Below the pieces are notes generated by a model. It had not been told where the DNA came from. It saw nothing but the letters and a program-made list of their open reading frames with translations, and searched no databases. From an uncultured Clostridia bacterium (GTDB lineage: Bacteria; Bacillota; Clostridia; TANB77; CAG-508): a stretch of DNA of 64,000 nt. This document shows, one piece after another, positions 48,053 to 58,286 of this stretch. Where the stretch lies: the NCBI GenBank assembly GCA_944388695.1, contig CALXJT010000002.1, positions 104-64,103 on the forward strand, written 5' to 3'. Every line of letters begins with the position of its first letter. Within the stretch, counting starts at the first letter, position 1. The position numbers and the translations under genes are program-made.

Positions 48053-48086
48053 TGTTTTATATAAATATATTATATTTATTATTGCT

Positions 48087-49418
48087 CTATTCCACACTTC
48101 TCAATTGTTTTATCATCAAATCTCCAAAAATTGCATATCCTTCATGTGGATTATTTACTAAAACGCTTGTTACAGCACCTATAAATTTTCCGTTTTGAAT
48201 AATTGGTGAACCACTCATTCCTTGTATAATGCCATTTGTTCTATTTAGTAAATCTTGGTCTGTTATTTTTATTTTCATACTTTTATTATCATAATTATTT
48301 TCTTTATAAATTTCCTCTATTTCAATTTCATATTCTTCTACTTTTCCATTTTCTAGACTGCATAATATTGCGGCTTTTCCTGTTTTTATCTCTTCTCTTA
48401 ATGCAACTTCCATCTCTTTTGATGAATCAATATTTAAACTAGATAAATTATCTACTTTACCATATATTCCGAACTTTGTATTTTTTGCAATTGTTCCTAT
48501 TTTATTTTGATTGGCTACTGTCCCCTGTATTTTTCCTGGTAATCCATCTTCACCTTTTGTTATATTTAATATTTTAGTTGTTACAAATTCTCCAGATGCT
48601 ATATCTATTAATTGTTCTGTGTCGATATCCATAATTCCATGTCCAAGTGCTGCGAATGATTTTGTTGAAGGTTCATAAAATGTTACTGTACCAACTCCTG
48701 CTGCACTATCTCTTACCCATAGTCCTAATTTATATTCATCTTCTCCTGTTTTCACTGGTGTTATACTACATTCTTTTATATTTTGATTTCTCATATATTC
48801 TATTTCTAGTTCATTTCCTTTTGAATTATTTACTGTTTGTATTAAATCTTCTGTAGATGTAATTTCAGTATCATTTATTTTTATTATTGTATCTCCTTCT
48901 TTTATATCTGTATTTTCATATGGTTTGTAATTTTTTTGATCTTCTCCTTGAATTTCTGACATACCTACTATTAAAACTCCACTTGTATATAATTTAACTC
49001 CTGCTACATTCCCTACTGGAATAACTTTGGTTTTAGGAATTACATCTATACTTACTTCTTTTACTGGAATCTTATTAAAAATATTTAAACTTATCCTTGT
49101 TGTTCCTATTTCTTCTGATAATTTTTCTGTATCTGTAGATGATGCATTAATTACTTCATTTTCTGATTGTAAACTGATTCCAAAAATAGTTTTTAAATTC
49201 ACTTTTTCACCTTCAAAGATAATAATATTATTTGGAAAATTGGTTATAAATAATATATAAATATATATTATAACTAAAGGAATAATTATTGGTATTATTT
49301 TTTTTATTTTCTTTGATGCTTTTAAATTTTTATTTCTATTTAATAATTTTTTACTTCTATCTAATAAATCTTTATTTCTATTTAATAAATTTTTATTTGT
49401 ATTTAAAAATTTTTTCAT
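48087..49418 (-). CDS. spoIVB: SpoIVB peptidase (S55)
   Basis: TM anchor, a PDZ-like segment (DIKEGDTIIKINDTEI), GLWVRDSAAGVGTVTFYEP…ALGHGI and GMSGSPII (catalytic Ser). Confidence 0.88.
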   Translation of the reverse strand: MKKFLNTNKNLLNRNKDLLDRSKKLLNRNKNLKASKKIKKIIPIIIPLVIIYIYILFITNFPNNIIIFEGEKVNLKTIFGISLQSENEVINASSTDTEKLSEEIGTTRISLNIFNKIPVKEVSIDVIPKTKVIPVGNVAGVKLYTSGVLIVGMSEIQGEDQKNYKPYENTDIKEGDTIIKINDTEITSTEDLIQTVNNSKGNELEIEYMRNQNIKECSITPVKTGEDEYKLGLWVRDSAAGVGTVTFYEPSTKSFAALGHGIMDIDTEQLIDIASGEFVTTKILNITKGEDGLPGKIQGTVANQNKIGTIAKNTKFGIYGKVDNLSSLNIDSSKEMEVALREEIKTGKAAILCSLENGKVEEYEIEIEEIYKENNYDNKSMKIKITDQDLLNRTNGIIQGMSGSPIIQNGKFIGAVTSVLVNNPHEGYAIFGDLMIKQLRSVE

Positions 49419-49588
49419 AAATTTCAGTCCTTTTCATTTGCTATATAGTTTGATAAATTTTGATTTAGTTATATTATTTTTATTATTCCTTTTTCTAGTT
49501 ATTTTATACAATTCAATTGATAAAAATAATTGGGATTCCATGGATTTAAGTAAAAATTTTTTTCATTTTAAAGACTGATATTTTTTTA

Positions 49589-49636
49589 TAAAAAAATTGA
49601 GGCAGAAAACTTTAAACTTTCAAAGTTCTCCACCTC
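49589..49636 (-). terminator. rho-independent terminator ending the Tad-like operon
   Basis: The minus strand reads GAGGUGGAGAACUUU-GAAAGUUU-AAAGUUUUCUGCCUC (15 bp including G:U pairs) followed by AATTTTTTT. Confidence 0.6.
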
Positions 49637-49752
49637 ATTATTGACATTCAATCAAAATTTTCTATCTCGATTTTGGATATTCGAATCATATTAATATTTA
49701 TACTAATCTTTTTTAGTTTCAATTATTTAGTTCGATTTTTACTTTTTATTTA

Positions 49753-52188
49753 TTAATGTACTGGTACATTAATTCTATAGAAATATGATTCTTCACTTCC
49801 ATTTGTTTTTTGGCTTACTATTTTAAATACATATGAAGCTTCTTGATTTGGTACTTGATATGTTCTATCACTTATTTTTACTACATTTTCTGTTGTTAAA
49901 TTTGTGATTTCTTGTATAGTTCCTTGACTGTCATTTGCTGTTAATGTTATTAAATAAGTATTATTTGATTCATTATATGCTAATTCGCTGTCTACTTGAA
50001 TAGTACTATCTACATTATTATTATTTCCTAAACATGCTATATTTACACTTGCAGTCTCTTGTACACCATTAATATTTGTTATCATAAATTCGTAATCTCC
50101 ATTTGCTGTAATTGTATATAGTTCATCACTTCCAGGTTGTTTTGTTATATTTTGTGTTGTTACATTAGTTATACTGCTAATTCCTCCTGCTATAGTATCT
50201 GTTGCAGTAACTCTTAATGTTAGAGATTGCATATCATCTGCTATACTTACTATTTCAAAGTTTGGTACAATATTATATGTTTTTAATGAACCCACATCTA
50301 CTCTAAATGTTTTTACATTACCTTGTGAATCTACTATTCTAAATTCATAAGATTGATTTTTATTTATTGTATAGTGATTTTGATCTATCCTATTTATTCC
50401 ATCTTGAGTAATATTTGTAATACTTGTTATCGTATTTCCTGTATTTGATGTTGCATATATTTCAAGTGATGCTGTTCCATCTCCATTATCTACTAAATTA
50501 TATGTTACATCTATTGGGTCTGGTGTTGGCTCTATAGGGCCTCCTCCTCCAGTTGATGTATCTTCTACATTTATCTTATTATCTGTTCTATACATTCCAA
50601 ATCGTTCTCTTCCTAGTGCAGTATAGTAAATCGATGCTAAATCACTATTACTATCTATAATTTCATATATATTACCCTCTTGTTCTCCTCTTCTATTTAC
50701 AATGCTTTTATAACACCCTGTTACTCCTTCTATTGGATAATAATATCTTACCATACCTTCATTGGTATAACCTCTTTTTACCTCAAAACTTATATTATAA
50801 TATCCAACAGCTCCATTTAAATAATTATATGCATCTAAATCTTCATCCTTGGCTGTATGATATGTTCCATCACTTGTTAGGATATATATTGAACTTTCTG
50901 GTACATATTCTTCTGTTTTATTATTTGATACTACAGAATATCCATTATATATCTTTCCTCCAATACTTAAACCTTGTAAGAATGTAATCATTGAGACATT
51001 AGTAGATATATCTTCCCATTCATAATCTTTTAATTCTGGCATTTTAAAATTAACATTATTATTAGCACCTTCATAATTGTTATAATTACTTATTGCTACA
51101 GATAAGTTTTTTTCTACAGAATATCTTATAATATTAGCTTTGTGAAGATAGAAGTCTGATTTTGGATCCTCTATTGCTGTTCTAGAAGAAAATAATTCAT
51201 CGAAAATTTTTGTATTATCTAATTGATATCTATCATATTTTTCCATTGTATTTAATTTAGTTCCATCAGAATCTACTGCATCACTTGCTCTAATATTTTT
51301 TAATGATGATGTGCTTATTGCTTGTTTTAAATCATATGCTTCTTGGTAATATTGTATAGCGTTATTATTATTTAGTATATCATCAGGTGTTATTTCTGTT
51401 GCTATTGTTTTTATTGTATTAAATACTGAAAATACTTCATTTGTACTTGCATCATAATAGTATTTAACTCCATTGATTTTTCTACATGGAAGTCTTCTAG
51501 GTTCAGTTTCACCTTTTATCATTACATTTTCTTTCAAATTTGTTTCAGTTCCTATTCTTATACCTCTATATGTTACATTTCCACTTGCATCTTTCTCTAC
51601 ATCAGATAATAAATATCCTTTTAAATTTACTACTTTTCCATCGCACATTCCTTTTATTGTTATATAACTATCTAAAGAATATGTGATTACTACATCATAA
51701 CTTGCACTAACATATCTGCAACTATAATAAACATATGGCTTTAATCCATATAATTTCTCTCCATTTTTATATGTTTCATCATTTGTCCCTACTATATCTA
51801 TTGTCTCTTGGTCCCAAGTATTTGTATAAGGTGAATAGATATAGTATCCATCATATAGTGTAAATACAACTGCTGGAACAAATGCTTGAATACTTTCTTT
51901 GTCTAATCCTGCTAGATCAAAACTATCTCCAATTGATGTAAAAAAACTATTTACTGAAGCTGCAACATTCTCCATTCTTGAATTTACTATGTTTGATTCA
52001 TCACTATTATATGAATTTAATTTATATGCATTAATAGCATCTGCTGTTGCCTGATCTAATTTAGAATCGTAATCTATTTGATATTTTAATGTATCAACTT
52101 TTGCATCTGTATATGCTGCTAAAACTAATGTTATAGGTAGAATAAATATTATGAACATAACTGCTAAATTCTCTAATTTCATACTCAT
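49753..52188 (-). CDS. large TM-anchored surface protein with three C-terminal ~75-aa Ig-like repeats (putative tip or adhesin subunit)
   Basis: The N-terminus is MSMKLENLAVMFIIFILPITLVLAAY. A linker GGGGPIEPTPDPI is followed by three repeats sharing L-(I/L)-AT…G-I-(S/E)ITN(I/V/L)T…Y-(I/V)…Y-F-I. Confidence 0.55.
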   Translation of the reverse strand: MSMKLENLAVMFIIFILPITLVLAAYTDAKVDTLKYQIDYDSKLDQATADAINAYKLNSYNSDESNIVNSRMENVAASVNSFFTSIGDSFDLAGLDKESIQAFVPAVVFTLYDGYYIYSPYTNTWDQETIDIVGTNDETYKNGEKLYGLKPYVYYSCRYVSASYDVVITYSLDSYITIKGMCDGKVVNLKGYLLSDVEKDASGNVTYRGIRIGTETNLKENVMIKGETEPRRLPCRKINGVKYYYDASTNEVFSVFNTIKTIATEITPDDILNNNNAIQYYQEAYDLKQAISTSSLKNIRASDAVDSDGTKLNTMEKYDRYQLDNTKIFDELFSSRTAIEDPKSDFYLHKANIIRYSVEKNLSVAISNYNNYEGANNNVNFKMPELKDYEWEDISTNVSMITFLQGLSIGGKIYNGYSVVSNNKTEEYVPESSIYILTSDGTYHTAKDEDLDAYNYLNGAVGYYNISFEVKRGYTNEGMVRYYYPIEGVTGCYKSIVNRRGEQEGNIYEIIDSNSDLASIYYTALGRERFGMYRTDNKINVEDTSTGGGGPIEPTPDPIDVTYNLVDNGDGTASLEIYATSNTGNTITSITNITQDGINRIDQNHYTINKNQSYEFRIVDSQGNVKTFRVDVGSLKTYNIVPNFEIVSIADDMQSLTLRVTATDTIAGGISSITNVTTQNITKQPGSDELYTITANGDYEFMITNINGVQETASVNIACLGNNNNVDSTIQVDSELAYNESNNTYLITLTANDSQGTIQEITNLTTENVVKISDRTYQVPNQEASYVFKIVSQKTNGSEESYFYRINVPVH

Positions 52189-52267
52189 CTTTCCTTTTGT
52201 TTATTCTTAAATAGCTTGTAATATATTTTTTATTACAAGCTATTTATGTTTTATAGAAATATTTTTA

Positions 52268-52816
52268 TTAATTCTCTGAACCAGTTGTTCTTGACATACC
52301 AGATTCACTTGATGCAATATTATATGTATCATCACCTATTACTGTATAGAAGAAGTTTCTCATTTGTTCTGATATTCCTTGACTTGCACTTCTTACAGTT
52401 ACATATATTAAATCTCCTTCTTTTAATAGATATGCTTTTGGAGTTCCTCTTTCTGGTTCTACTACATCTGTAATCTGTGATGTTTCTATATTGTAATATA
52501 GATTTTCTCCTATTTTATCTCTACTTACTTGGACTGATTTTTTACTTGGATTTTCATCTAATACCTTAACTTGAATCTCAACTACATACAAATATCCCGT
52601 AGAATTAATCTTTTGTCTAAATGTTGTAAGATCTTCTGGTGTAATTTTTCCTTTTGTACAAACATTATCCACAAATTCTCTAGTTGCTGCATCTACTGTA
52701 GCCTGTGTAATGTCATCTGCTCTATCTCCCATTGTCATTAGTGGAAAAATAAACATTAATATTACTGATAATCCTATTACAATTACTATAATTAGTGTAT
52801 CTCCTCTTTCTCCCAT
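52268..52816 (-). CDS. pseudopilin-like TM protein (ERG|DTLIIVIVIGL N-terminus)
   Basis: MGERGDTLIIVIVIGLSVILMFIFPLMTM has a short charged leader ending in Arg-Gly, followed by a hydrophobic segment. This recalls TadE/prepilin N-termini. Confidence 0.4.
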   Translation of the reverse strand: MGERGDTLIIVIVIGLSVILMFIFPLMTMGDRADDITQATVDAATREFVDNVCTKGKITPEDLTTFRQKINSTGYLYVVEIQVKVLDENPSKKSVQVSRDKIGENLYYNIETSQITDVVEPERGTPKAYLLKEGDLIYVTVRSASQGISEQMRNFFYTVIGDDTYNIASSESGMSRTTGSEN

Positions 52817-52864
52817 AATTTAATCCTCCCTTCTACGAGATTTTTAGTTGTGCTAAAATTGTAA

Positions 52865-53476
52865 TTAATTAATTTCGTAAATTATAACTCTTTTTTCTTC
52901 TTTATTTGCTTCTGGTACATCTTCTGTATCATTTGTATAATATACGCCTAATTTTTCTGTTACAGTTTTATTTTTTAATTGATCATATAAGCTTTTGTTT
53001 GGTAAAATGATATTTACACCATACCAAGTATCAAATAGTCCATTACTTCTATCTCCATAAATTATTGCGTTTAAAAAAACTTTTGAATTTTGTCTTCTAT
53101 CTGCAACAGTTAATGGTTCATAATCTATACCATTATTTGGTTCTGAACCTAAAGTTTTTCTTTTGATTAATTGTCCTCTTGTAGTTCTATATGTAAATAA
53201 TGTCTCATCATCTAGTCCTTCAAATACTACTTTATATCTCTCACTATATACTCTGTACACTGATGGAATTATTGTTTCTAATCCCACCTGTCTTTCAAGA
53301 CCTGTAGCTTCATAATAAAAATCTCCATTAATATATGTAACTTCTCTATCTTGGCTATCTATAATGGAATCTGTTGCTTCCCTTACTTGCCCAAAAGATA
53401 CAATACTAACGGAAAGTGCTATTATAAATAACATTACGGCTCCTGCCATTTTTAAAGCATCTACAGCATTTTCCAT
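52865..53476 (-). CDS. pilin-like protein, MENAVDAL-type N-terminus
   Basis: MENAVDALKMAGAVMLFIIALSVSIVSF is related to the MENASKAL paralogues. 203 aa. Confidence 0.45.
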   Translation of the reverse strand: MENAVDALKMAGAVMLFIIALSVSIVSFGQVREATDSIIDSQDREVTYINGDFYYEATGLERQVGLETIIPSVYRVYSERYKVVFEGLDDETLFTYRTTRGQLIKRKTLGSEPNNGIDYEPLTVADRRQNSKVFLNAIIYGDRSNGLFDTWYGVNIILPNKSLYDQLKNKTVTEKLGVYYTNDTEDVPEANKEEKRVIIYEIN

Positions 53477-53532
53477 TAGTATTCACCTTCCTTTATCTTA
53501 AATTATTTTGTATTTTATATATCTAACTATTC

Positions 53533-53946
53533 TTATGGACCAGTAGTTGTACCAGTTTCTTTAACAGTTATTGAATCAATACGTCCTCCTGCACCTTCAT
53601 AACTTAATTCCACGTCGTAATATGTATTATTTTCAATCCCTGTTGTAGTTGGTTGATAATTATTTGCTGCTTGACCTGGCAAAGTCATTTTTATTTTTTG
53701 TGACTCATCTTCTGTTGCATTATTATTTGCTAATACTTCTTGTATTAATGATTTAATCATTACTCCTCTTTGTTTTCCTTCATATTTTGTATATGTATTG
53801 TTAAATGTTTGAACTTCTGCTTTACTCATTCCTGAACTTGATACTGTATCTTGTGCTTGTTGAAATATCATTATTCCTAAAGAGATTAGTAATATTGCTA
53901 ATAATATAGCTCCTGCTATAATTAAGGCTTTTGATGCATTCTCCAT
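53533..53946 (-). CDS. pilin-like protein, MENASKAL family (tandem duplicate of 54007-54399)
   Basis: MENASKALIIAGAILLAILLISLGIMIF…VQTFNNTYTKYEGK. The first ~78 aa are nearly identical to the neighbour. The C-terminal block is NNTYYDV…GAGGRI…ITVK. Confidence 0.5.
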   Translation of the reverse strand: MENASKALIIAGAILLAILLISLGIMIFQQAQDTVSSSGMSKAEVQTFNNTYTKYEGKQRGVMIKSLIQEVLANNNATEDESQKIKMTLPGQAANNYQPTTTGIENNTYYDVELSYEGAGGRIDSITVKETGTTTGP

Positions 53947-54006
53947 ATTAACTCCCCCTTTTCCTTAATAATTTTCTTATTTAAAATTTGCTTTTTAAAA
54001 AATTAT

Positions 54007-54399
54007 TTAACTAGATTTTTTAACTGTAATTTTATTAATTCTTCCTCCAGCACCTTTGTATTCAAAAGATACGTCATAATATGTGTTATTTAGAATATCT
54101 TTTGTATTTGGAGATGTAGTGTCTGTACCAAGTAAAGACATAGTTATTTGTTCAGATGTATCATCTGTCGCATTATTATTTGCTAATACTTCTTGTATTA
54201 ATGATTTAATCATTACTCCTCTTTGTTTTCCTTCGTATTTTGTGTATGTGTTGTTGAATGTCTGAACCTCCGCTTTACTCATTCCTGCACTTGAAACTGT
54301 GTCTTGTGCTTGTTGGAATATCATTATTCCTAAAGATATTAATAAAATTGCTAGTAATATAGCACCTGCTATAATTAAGGCTTTTGATGCATTCTCCAT
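54007..54399 (-). CDS. pilin-like protein, MENASKAL family
   Basis: Same N-terminal half as 53533-53946, with a divergent central segment. 130 aa. Confidence 0.5.
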   Translation of the reverse strand: MENASKALIIAGAILLAILLISLGIMIFQQAQDTVSSAGMSKAEVQTFNNTYTKYEGKQRGVMIKSLIQEVLANNNATDDTSEQITMSLLGTDTTSPNTKDILNNTYYDVSFEYKGAGGRINKITVKKSS

Positions 54400-54470
54400 A
54401 TTAATTCCTCCTTTGTTTTTTTATTTTTTATATTAACTACTAAAAAATTAGTAAAATTTAAATAACTATT

Positions 54471-54899
54471 TTATGCTATTTGTTCAAAATACATATAGCT
54501 TATTAGTTTTGTTTTTTCGTGATACTCTATCTTTGTGCATTTAAAATTTATTAAACGATAATATTGTATGAAGTTTTCCATACCTCCGTTGTAAAATGAT
54601 TCCATATCATATGTTTTATCATTATCTGTCATCTTTACTTGTATTGCTATTGAATCTGTATCATTTTGCTTATAGAAACCTTTTTCATCTTTTTTTACAT
54701 TATTTTGATAATTTCTATCAATAGCTTTATTAATGATGGATGTTAATTCAAAACATGATACTTCTTTATTTAAATATGTTTCAAAATATACATTCTGTGT
54801 TTTTATGTTTTGAAATTTTACTCGATATTGAAGATATCCATAAATAATCATACATAATATCGCAATAAAAATGATAATTATTGTAATAAATTTTTTCAT
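54471..54899 (-). CDS. TM-anchored paralogue of the pilin-like family (different N-terminus)
   Basis: The N-terminus is MKKFITIIIIFIAILCMIIYG. The C-terminal FKCTKIEYHEKTKLISYMYFEQI parallels YQCTEIGYHTGTTGRVSYIKFKTI of 55029-55472. Confidence 0.4.
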   Translation of the reverse strand: MKKFITIIIIFIAILCMIIYGYLQYRVKFQNIKTQNVYFETYLNKEVSCFELTSIINKAIDRNYQNNVKKDEKGFYKQNDTDSIAIQVKMTDNDKTYDMESFYNGGMENFIQYYRLINFKCTKIEYHEKTKLISYMYFEQIA

Positions 54900-55028
54900 T
54901 TTCCATCCTTTTTATTATAACACTTTTTGAAATTTTTTTCAAGTTTTTGAATTGTTTTGTTGAATTCTGTGTAATATTTGATTAATTCTATTTTTTGATA
55001 TATTTCTTAATATATTTTTTATTATTAA

Positions 55029-55472
55029 TTATATTGTTTTAAATTTTATATAACTTACTCTTCCTGTTGTACCTGTATGATATCCTATTTCAGTGCATTG
55101 ATATAACTGATTATATCCTGCGTTTTGGATTTTTTTATCTAGCTCATCTTGAGAAAAATCTTGAATTTGTACATTGTCTAAATAAACTGTGATTTTATAA
55201 TATGTTTCATACATATTTGAGCTTTCATATTCAAGGTTATTTTGATGTGCTGCATTTGCTGTTGAAACTATATTATAAATTGTTATATCACTTCTTCCTT
55301 CATATACTGTGTATTCTGAATTAAATTCAATTAATTGTTGATTTGCATTTCTCTCATTTACTTTTGCTGCTGATGATCCAAAACTAACTATTAAATATAC
55401 TGCTAATGATAATATCATTACTCCAACTAAAACGCTTGCCGCAATTAATAATGCTTTTGATGCATTTTCCAT
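55029..55472 (-). CDS. pilin-like protein, MENASKAL family
   Basis: MENASKALLIAASVLVGVMILSLAVYLIV…LIEFNSEYTVYEGR. 147 aa. Confidence 0.5.
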   Translation of the reverse strand: MENASKALLIAASVLVGVMILSLAVYLIVSFGSSAAKVNERNANQQLIEFNSEYTVYEGRSDITIYNIVSTANAAHQNNLEYESSNMYETYYKITVYLDNVQIQDFSQDELDKKIQNAGYNQLYQCTEIGYHTGTTGRVSYIKFKTI

Positions 55473-55481
55473 AATATCCCT

Positions 55482-56162
55482 CTACTTTACAAATTCAAAT
55501 TTCATACTTTTTATTTGACCTTTATCATGATATTGAGGCTCTTCAGATATTTTAAATGTACTTGTTTTTAATACTGAATATTCTTCATAATTTTGTATTG
55601 TTTTTACTGCTTCTGCTCCTGATAATGTGTTTCCATTTTCATCTTTAAATTGTTTACCTATTATCTCTTCAATCCTTATACTTCCATCTTTTATAGAATC
55701 TAAATATGTTATTAATTGTTTCATCCCATTTAAAGTATTATTTGATTCTAATTTACGATTTTTTTCTACTATATTTAGAAATTCTTTATTAGTTCTTGAT
55801 ATTTCATATGTAGATTTTGTAAAATAATTTAAAGTTCCTCCACATTTATTCTTAAACTTGTCTCCAAGTACAATTGTTAATGTGATTGGTAAGTCATAAT
55901 CTATTTCCCCAACTGTTCCAGATCTTGTGTTATAGTCTGCAACTTTATTAGCTAATGATATCATATCTACGCCCTGTAATTTATCACGTGCATACCTTGT
56001 ATACTCTTGATTAAAATCTGCTAACTGTATGGTTGCTTTTGTATTTGTTTGTTCTTTGTTATAGTCTGAAACTTGATTAAACATTAAGAGTAATGCACTA
56101 ATTACTAATAATCCTATTAACACACCACCCGCTATTAATAAAGCTTTTGAAGCATTTTCCAT
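55482..56162 (-). CDS. pilin-like protein, MENASKAL family (largest member)
   Basis: MENASKALLIAGGVLIGLLVISALLLMF…LADFNQEYTRYARD. 226 aa. Confidence 0.5.
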   Translation of the reverse strand: MENASKALLIAGGVLIGLLVISALLLMFNQVSDYNKEQTNTKATIQLADFNQEYTRYARDKLQGVDMISLANKVADYNTRSGTVGEIDYDLPITLTIVLGDKFKNKCGGTLNYFTKSTYEISRTNKEFLNIVEKNRKLESNNTLNGMKQLITYLDSIKDGSIRIEEIIGKQFKDENGNTLSGAEAVKTIQNYEEYSVLKTSTFKISEEPQYHDKGQIKSMKFEFVK

Positions 56163-56185
56163 TATGCATTACTCTCCTTTCTATT

Positions 56186-58264
56186 TTACAAAGTTGAACC
56201 TGACATAGAATCAAATGAACTTGACATACTTGTTAATCCTATAAATACTAGTGGAATAATTAGGTATCCAACAAACATACATATCATCGGTGCAAAACCT
56301 ATTCCTCTTCCTATCATTCCTTTTGATTTTATTAATCTTTCGTTTGATTCTTTTCTCTTTTCACGATAGTATTCTCTTTCTGAATCTAATTCGTCAAAAG
56401 CGTCTTTAATTGGTATTTTTTCAACGGCTGCTTGTAGACTTTCTACAATTCTTATTAATGGTTGATATGATATTTCATTTTTCATTTCTTCTAATGCTTC
56501 CCACGCACCTGCTTCATAGTTGTTAACACATTTTGTAATTGGTTCGCGGAATATATTTGAATATCTCTCTAGCCATTCTAAAATTATTTCTACATTAACT
56601 CTTTCGATTCTCATAAGCATAAGTATAATTGTTTGGAATTGCATTACTTCATCTTCCATTTCTAGTTGTCTTATTTTCTTTTGGAAGAATAAAATCCAAA
56701 TTGGTGCCATATATCCTACTATTGCAAATACAAATGCTAATAAGAATTCAAACCACTTCATATATTCACTATTTACTATTTGTATTTTTCCATAAATTCT
56801 TTCTGCTGCTGTTTCAATTTCATCTGAAGTTGCTTCTTCATAATAATCTGAATCTTCTAGTGCTTTTGCTATTTCCTCTTGGGTTACATCCATTTGCCCT
56901 CTAAATCTGTCTAAAAATTCATTGTCTTGTTTTGTTACTTCCATCGCCTTTTCTTCTTCTTTTTCTGATAGCCCTCCTATTAAGTCATAATCTGTGGTCG
57001 GCTCTGTATATACATATTCAATTGCAACTGTATGTAGTTGTACGAATATTATTAGAGATGCAATAAAAGTTACTGCACAGAGTACTATTCTATTTATATA
57101 AAGCCACTCTATTTTTAGATATGATGCTGCATCTTTTAATAATTGAATAATTTTACGATATTCTTTTGTTCCTTCTTTTGGTATAAATAAATTTACAAAT
57201 TTGCGTATATATTTTTTCTTATATAATTTTGCCTGTATTGGATTTTCTGTGTTCTTTGTGTTCATATTTGTTGAACCGTTATCTTTTAGTTTTCTTACTA
57301 ATACATAAGATATGAATGTTAAAATCAATATTAATATTTGTACTATCATTCCTGGTTTTCCTAAATACCAACTTGCAACAAAAGAGAAGTTACTTATTGC
57401 CCAGTTTTTTAGTGGCTCTAGTAATACTATTGGTGCTATTGATATAAAAGATAAACTTTGGAATACATAGTTTAATTTATCTCTTTTTAATATTTCTAAT
57501 TGTAATTCCTGTGTAATATTATCAACGTTTTTCAAGTATAGTGATGCTCCATCAACTTTTCTATCACCAAATTCTTTTGTTAGATATGATATTCCAGCAA
57601 ATTCTTTTAAGAAACTGTTTGGTGCTATATCATAGTATTTTTCTAGTTCTGTTTCTGGGTCATCTGATATTAGTATTTCATATATCTTTTCACCCTGTCT
57701 TGATATATCTAGCTCATCGTCCTGAGAAACCTGATAAATTGCCTCTTCTACCATGTTGAATTCATGATATGCATGTCTTATTTCTGAAAAGAATTCTATT
57801 TGTTGTTTAAGTAAATTGTCATCTATTTTATCAACAGAGCCATCTATAAAGGTATCTATCATGAATATTTCAAATATAAATACTATAAACATTACTAAAT
57901 AACTTGAACGTGTAATATAAAGACTTATGATAATAATCGGAATTATTATAGCAAGTGATTTCGTTAAAATTCTTGATGCATCTTTTCTGGTATTGTACTC
58001 ATCATCTATATTTATAATCTCTAGTCTTCTTCTCAATTTTAATATGTAACGTTTTAAGAATGGTATTTTTACATAATATACATATAATTTTTGGTATAAT
58101 ATTTCCATTGAGAATGACTTTTGTTTTGTTCCTTGTTGTAATTTTTGTATCTTTTTATACTCTGATTTTTGCATTTTTTTAGAAAGAATGTAATATGCAA
58201 GTACGATAAGTACAAATGCTCCTGCTGCTACTCCCATTATGATATATATTGTTTGGTTTGACAC
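56186..58264 (-). CDS. polytopic platform protein, putative fused TadB/TadC (T2SS F-like)
   Basis: 692 aa with several TM clusters separated by helical cytoplasmic domains. It is about twice the size of a single TadB or TadC. It lies immediately downstream of the secretion ATPase. Confidence 0.5.
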   Translation of the reverse strand: MSNQTIYIIMGVAAGAFVLIVLAYYILSKKMQKSEYKKIQKLQQGTKQKSFSMEILYQKLYVYYVKIPFLKRYILKLRRRLEIINIDDEYNTRKDASRILTKSLAIIIPIIIISLYITRSSYLVMFIVFIFEIFMIDTFIDGSVDKIDDNLLKQQIEFFSEIRHAYHEFNMVEEAIYQVSQDDELDISRQGEKIYEILISDDPETELEKYYDIAPNSFLKEFAGISYLTKEFGDRKVDGASLYLKNVDNITQELQLEILKRDKLNYVFQSLSFISIAPIVLLEPLKNWAISNFSFVASWYLGKPGMIVQILILILTFISYVLVRKLKDNGSTNMNTKNTENPIQAKLYKKKYIRKFVNLFIPKEGTKEYRKIIQLLKDAASYLKIEWLYINRIVLCAVTFIASLIIFVQLHTVAIEYVYTEPTTDYDLIGGLSEKEEEKAMEVTKQDNEFLDRFRGQMDVTQEEIAKALEDSDYYEEATSDEIETAAERIYGKIQIVNSEYMKWFEFLLAFVFAIVGYMAPIWILFFQKKIRQLEMEDEVMQFQTIILMLMRIERVNVEIILEWLERYSNIFREPITKCVNNYEAGAWEALEEMKNEISYQPLIRIVESLQAAVEKIPIKDAFDELDSEREYYREKRKESNERLIKSKGMIGRGIGFAPMICMFVGYLIIPLVFIGLTSMSSSFDSMSGSTL

Positions 58265-58286
58265 TTGCTATTCACCTCCAATCCCT

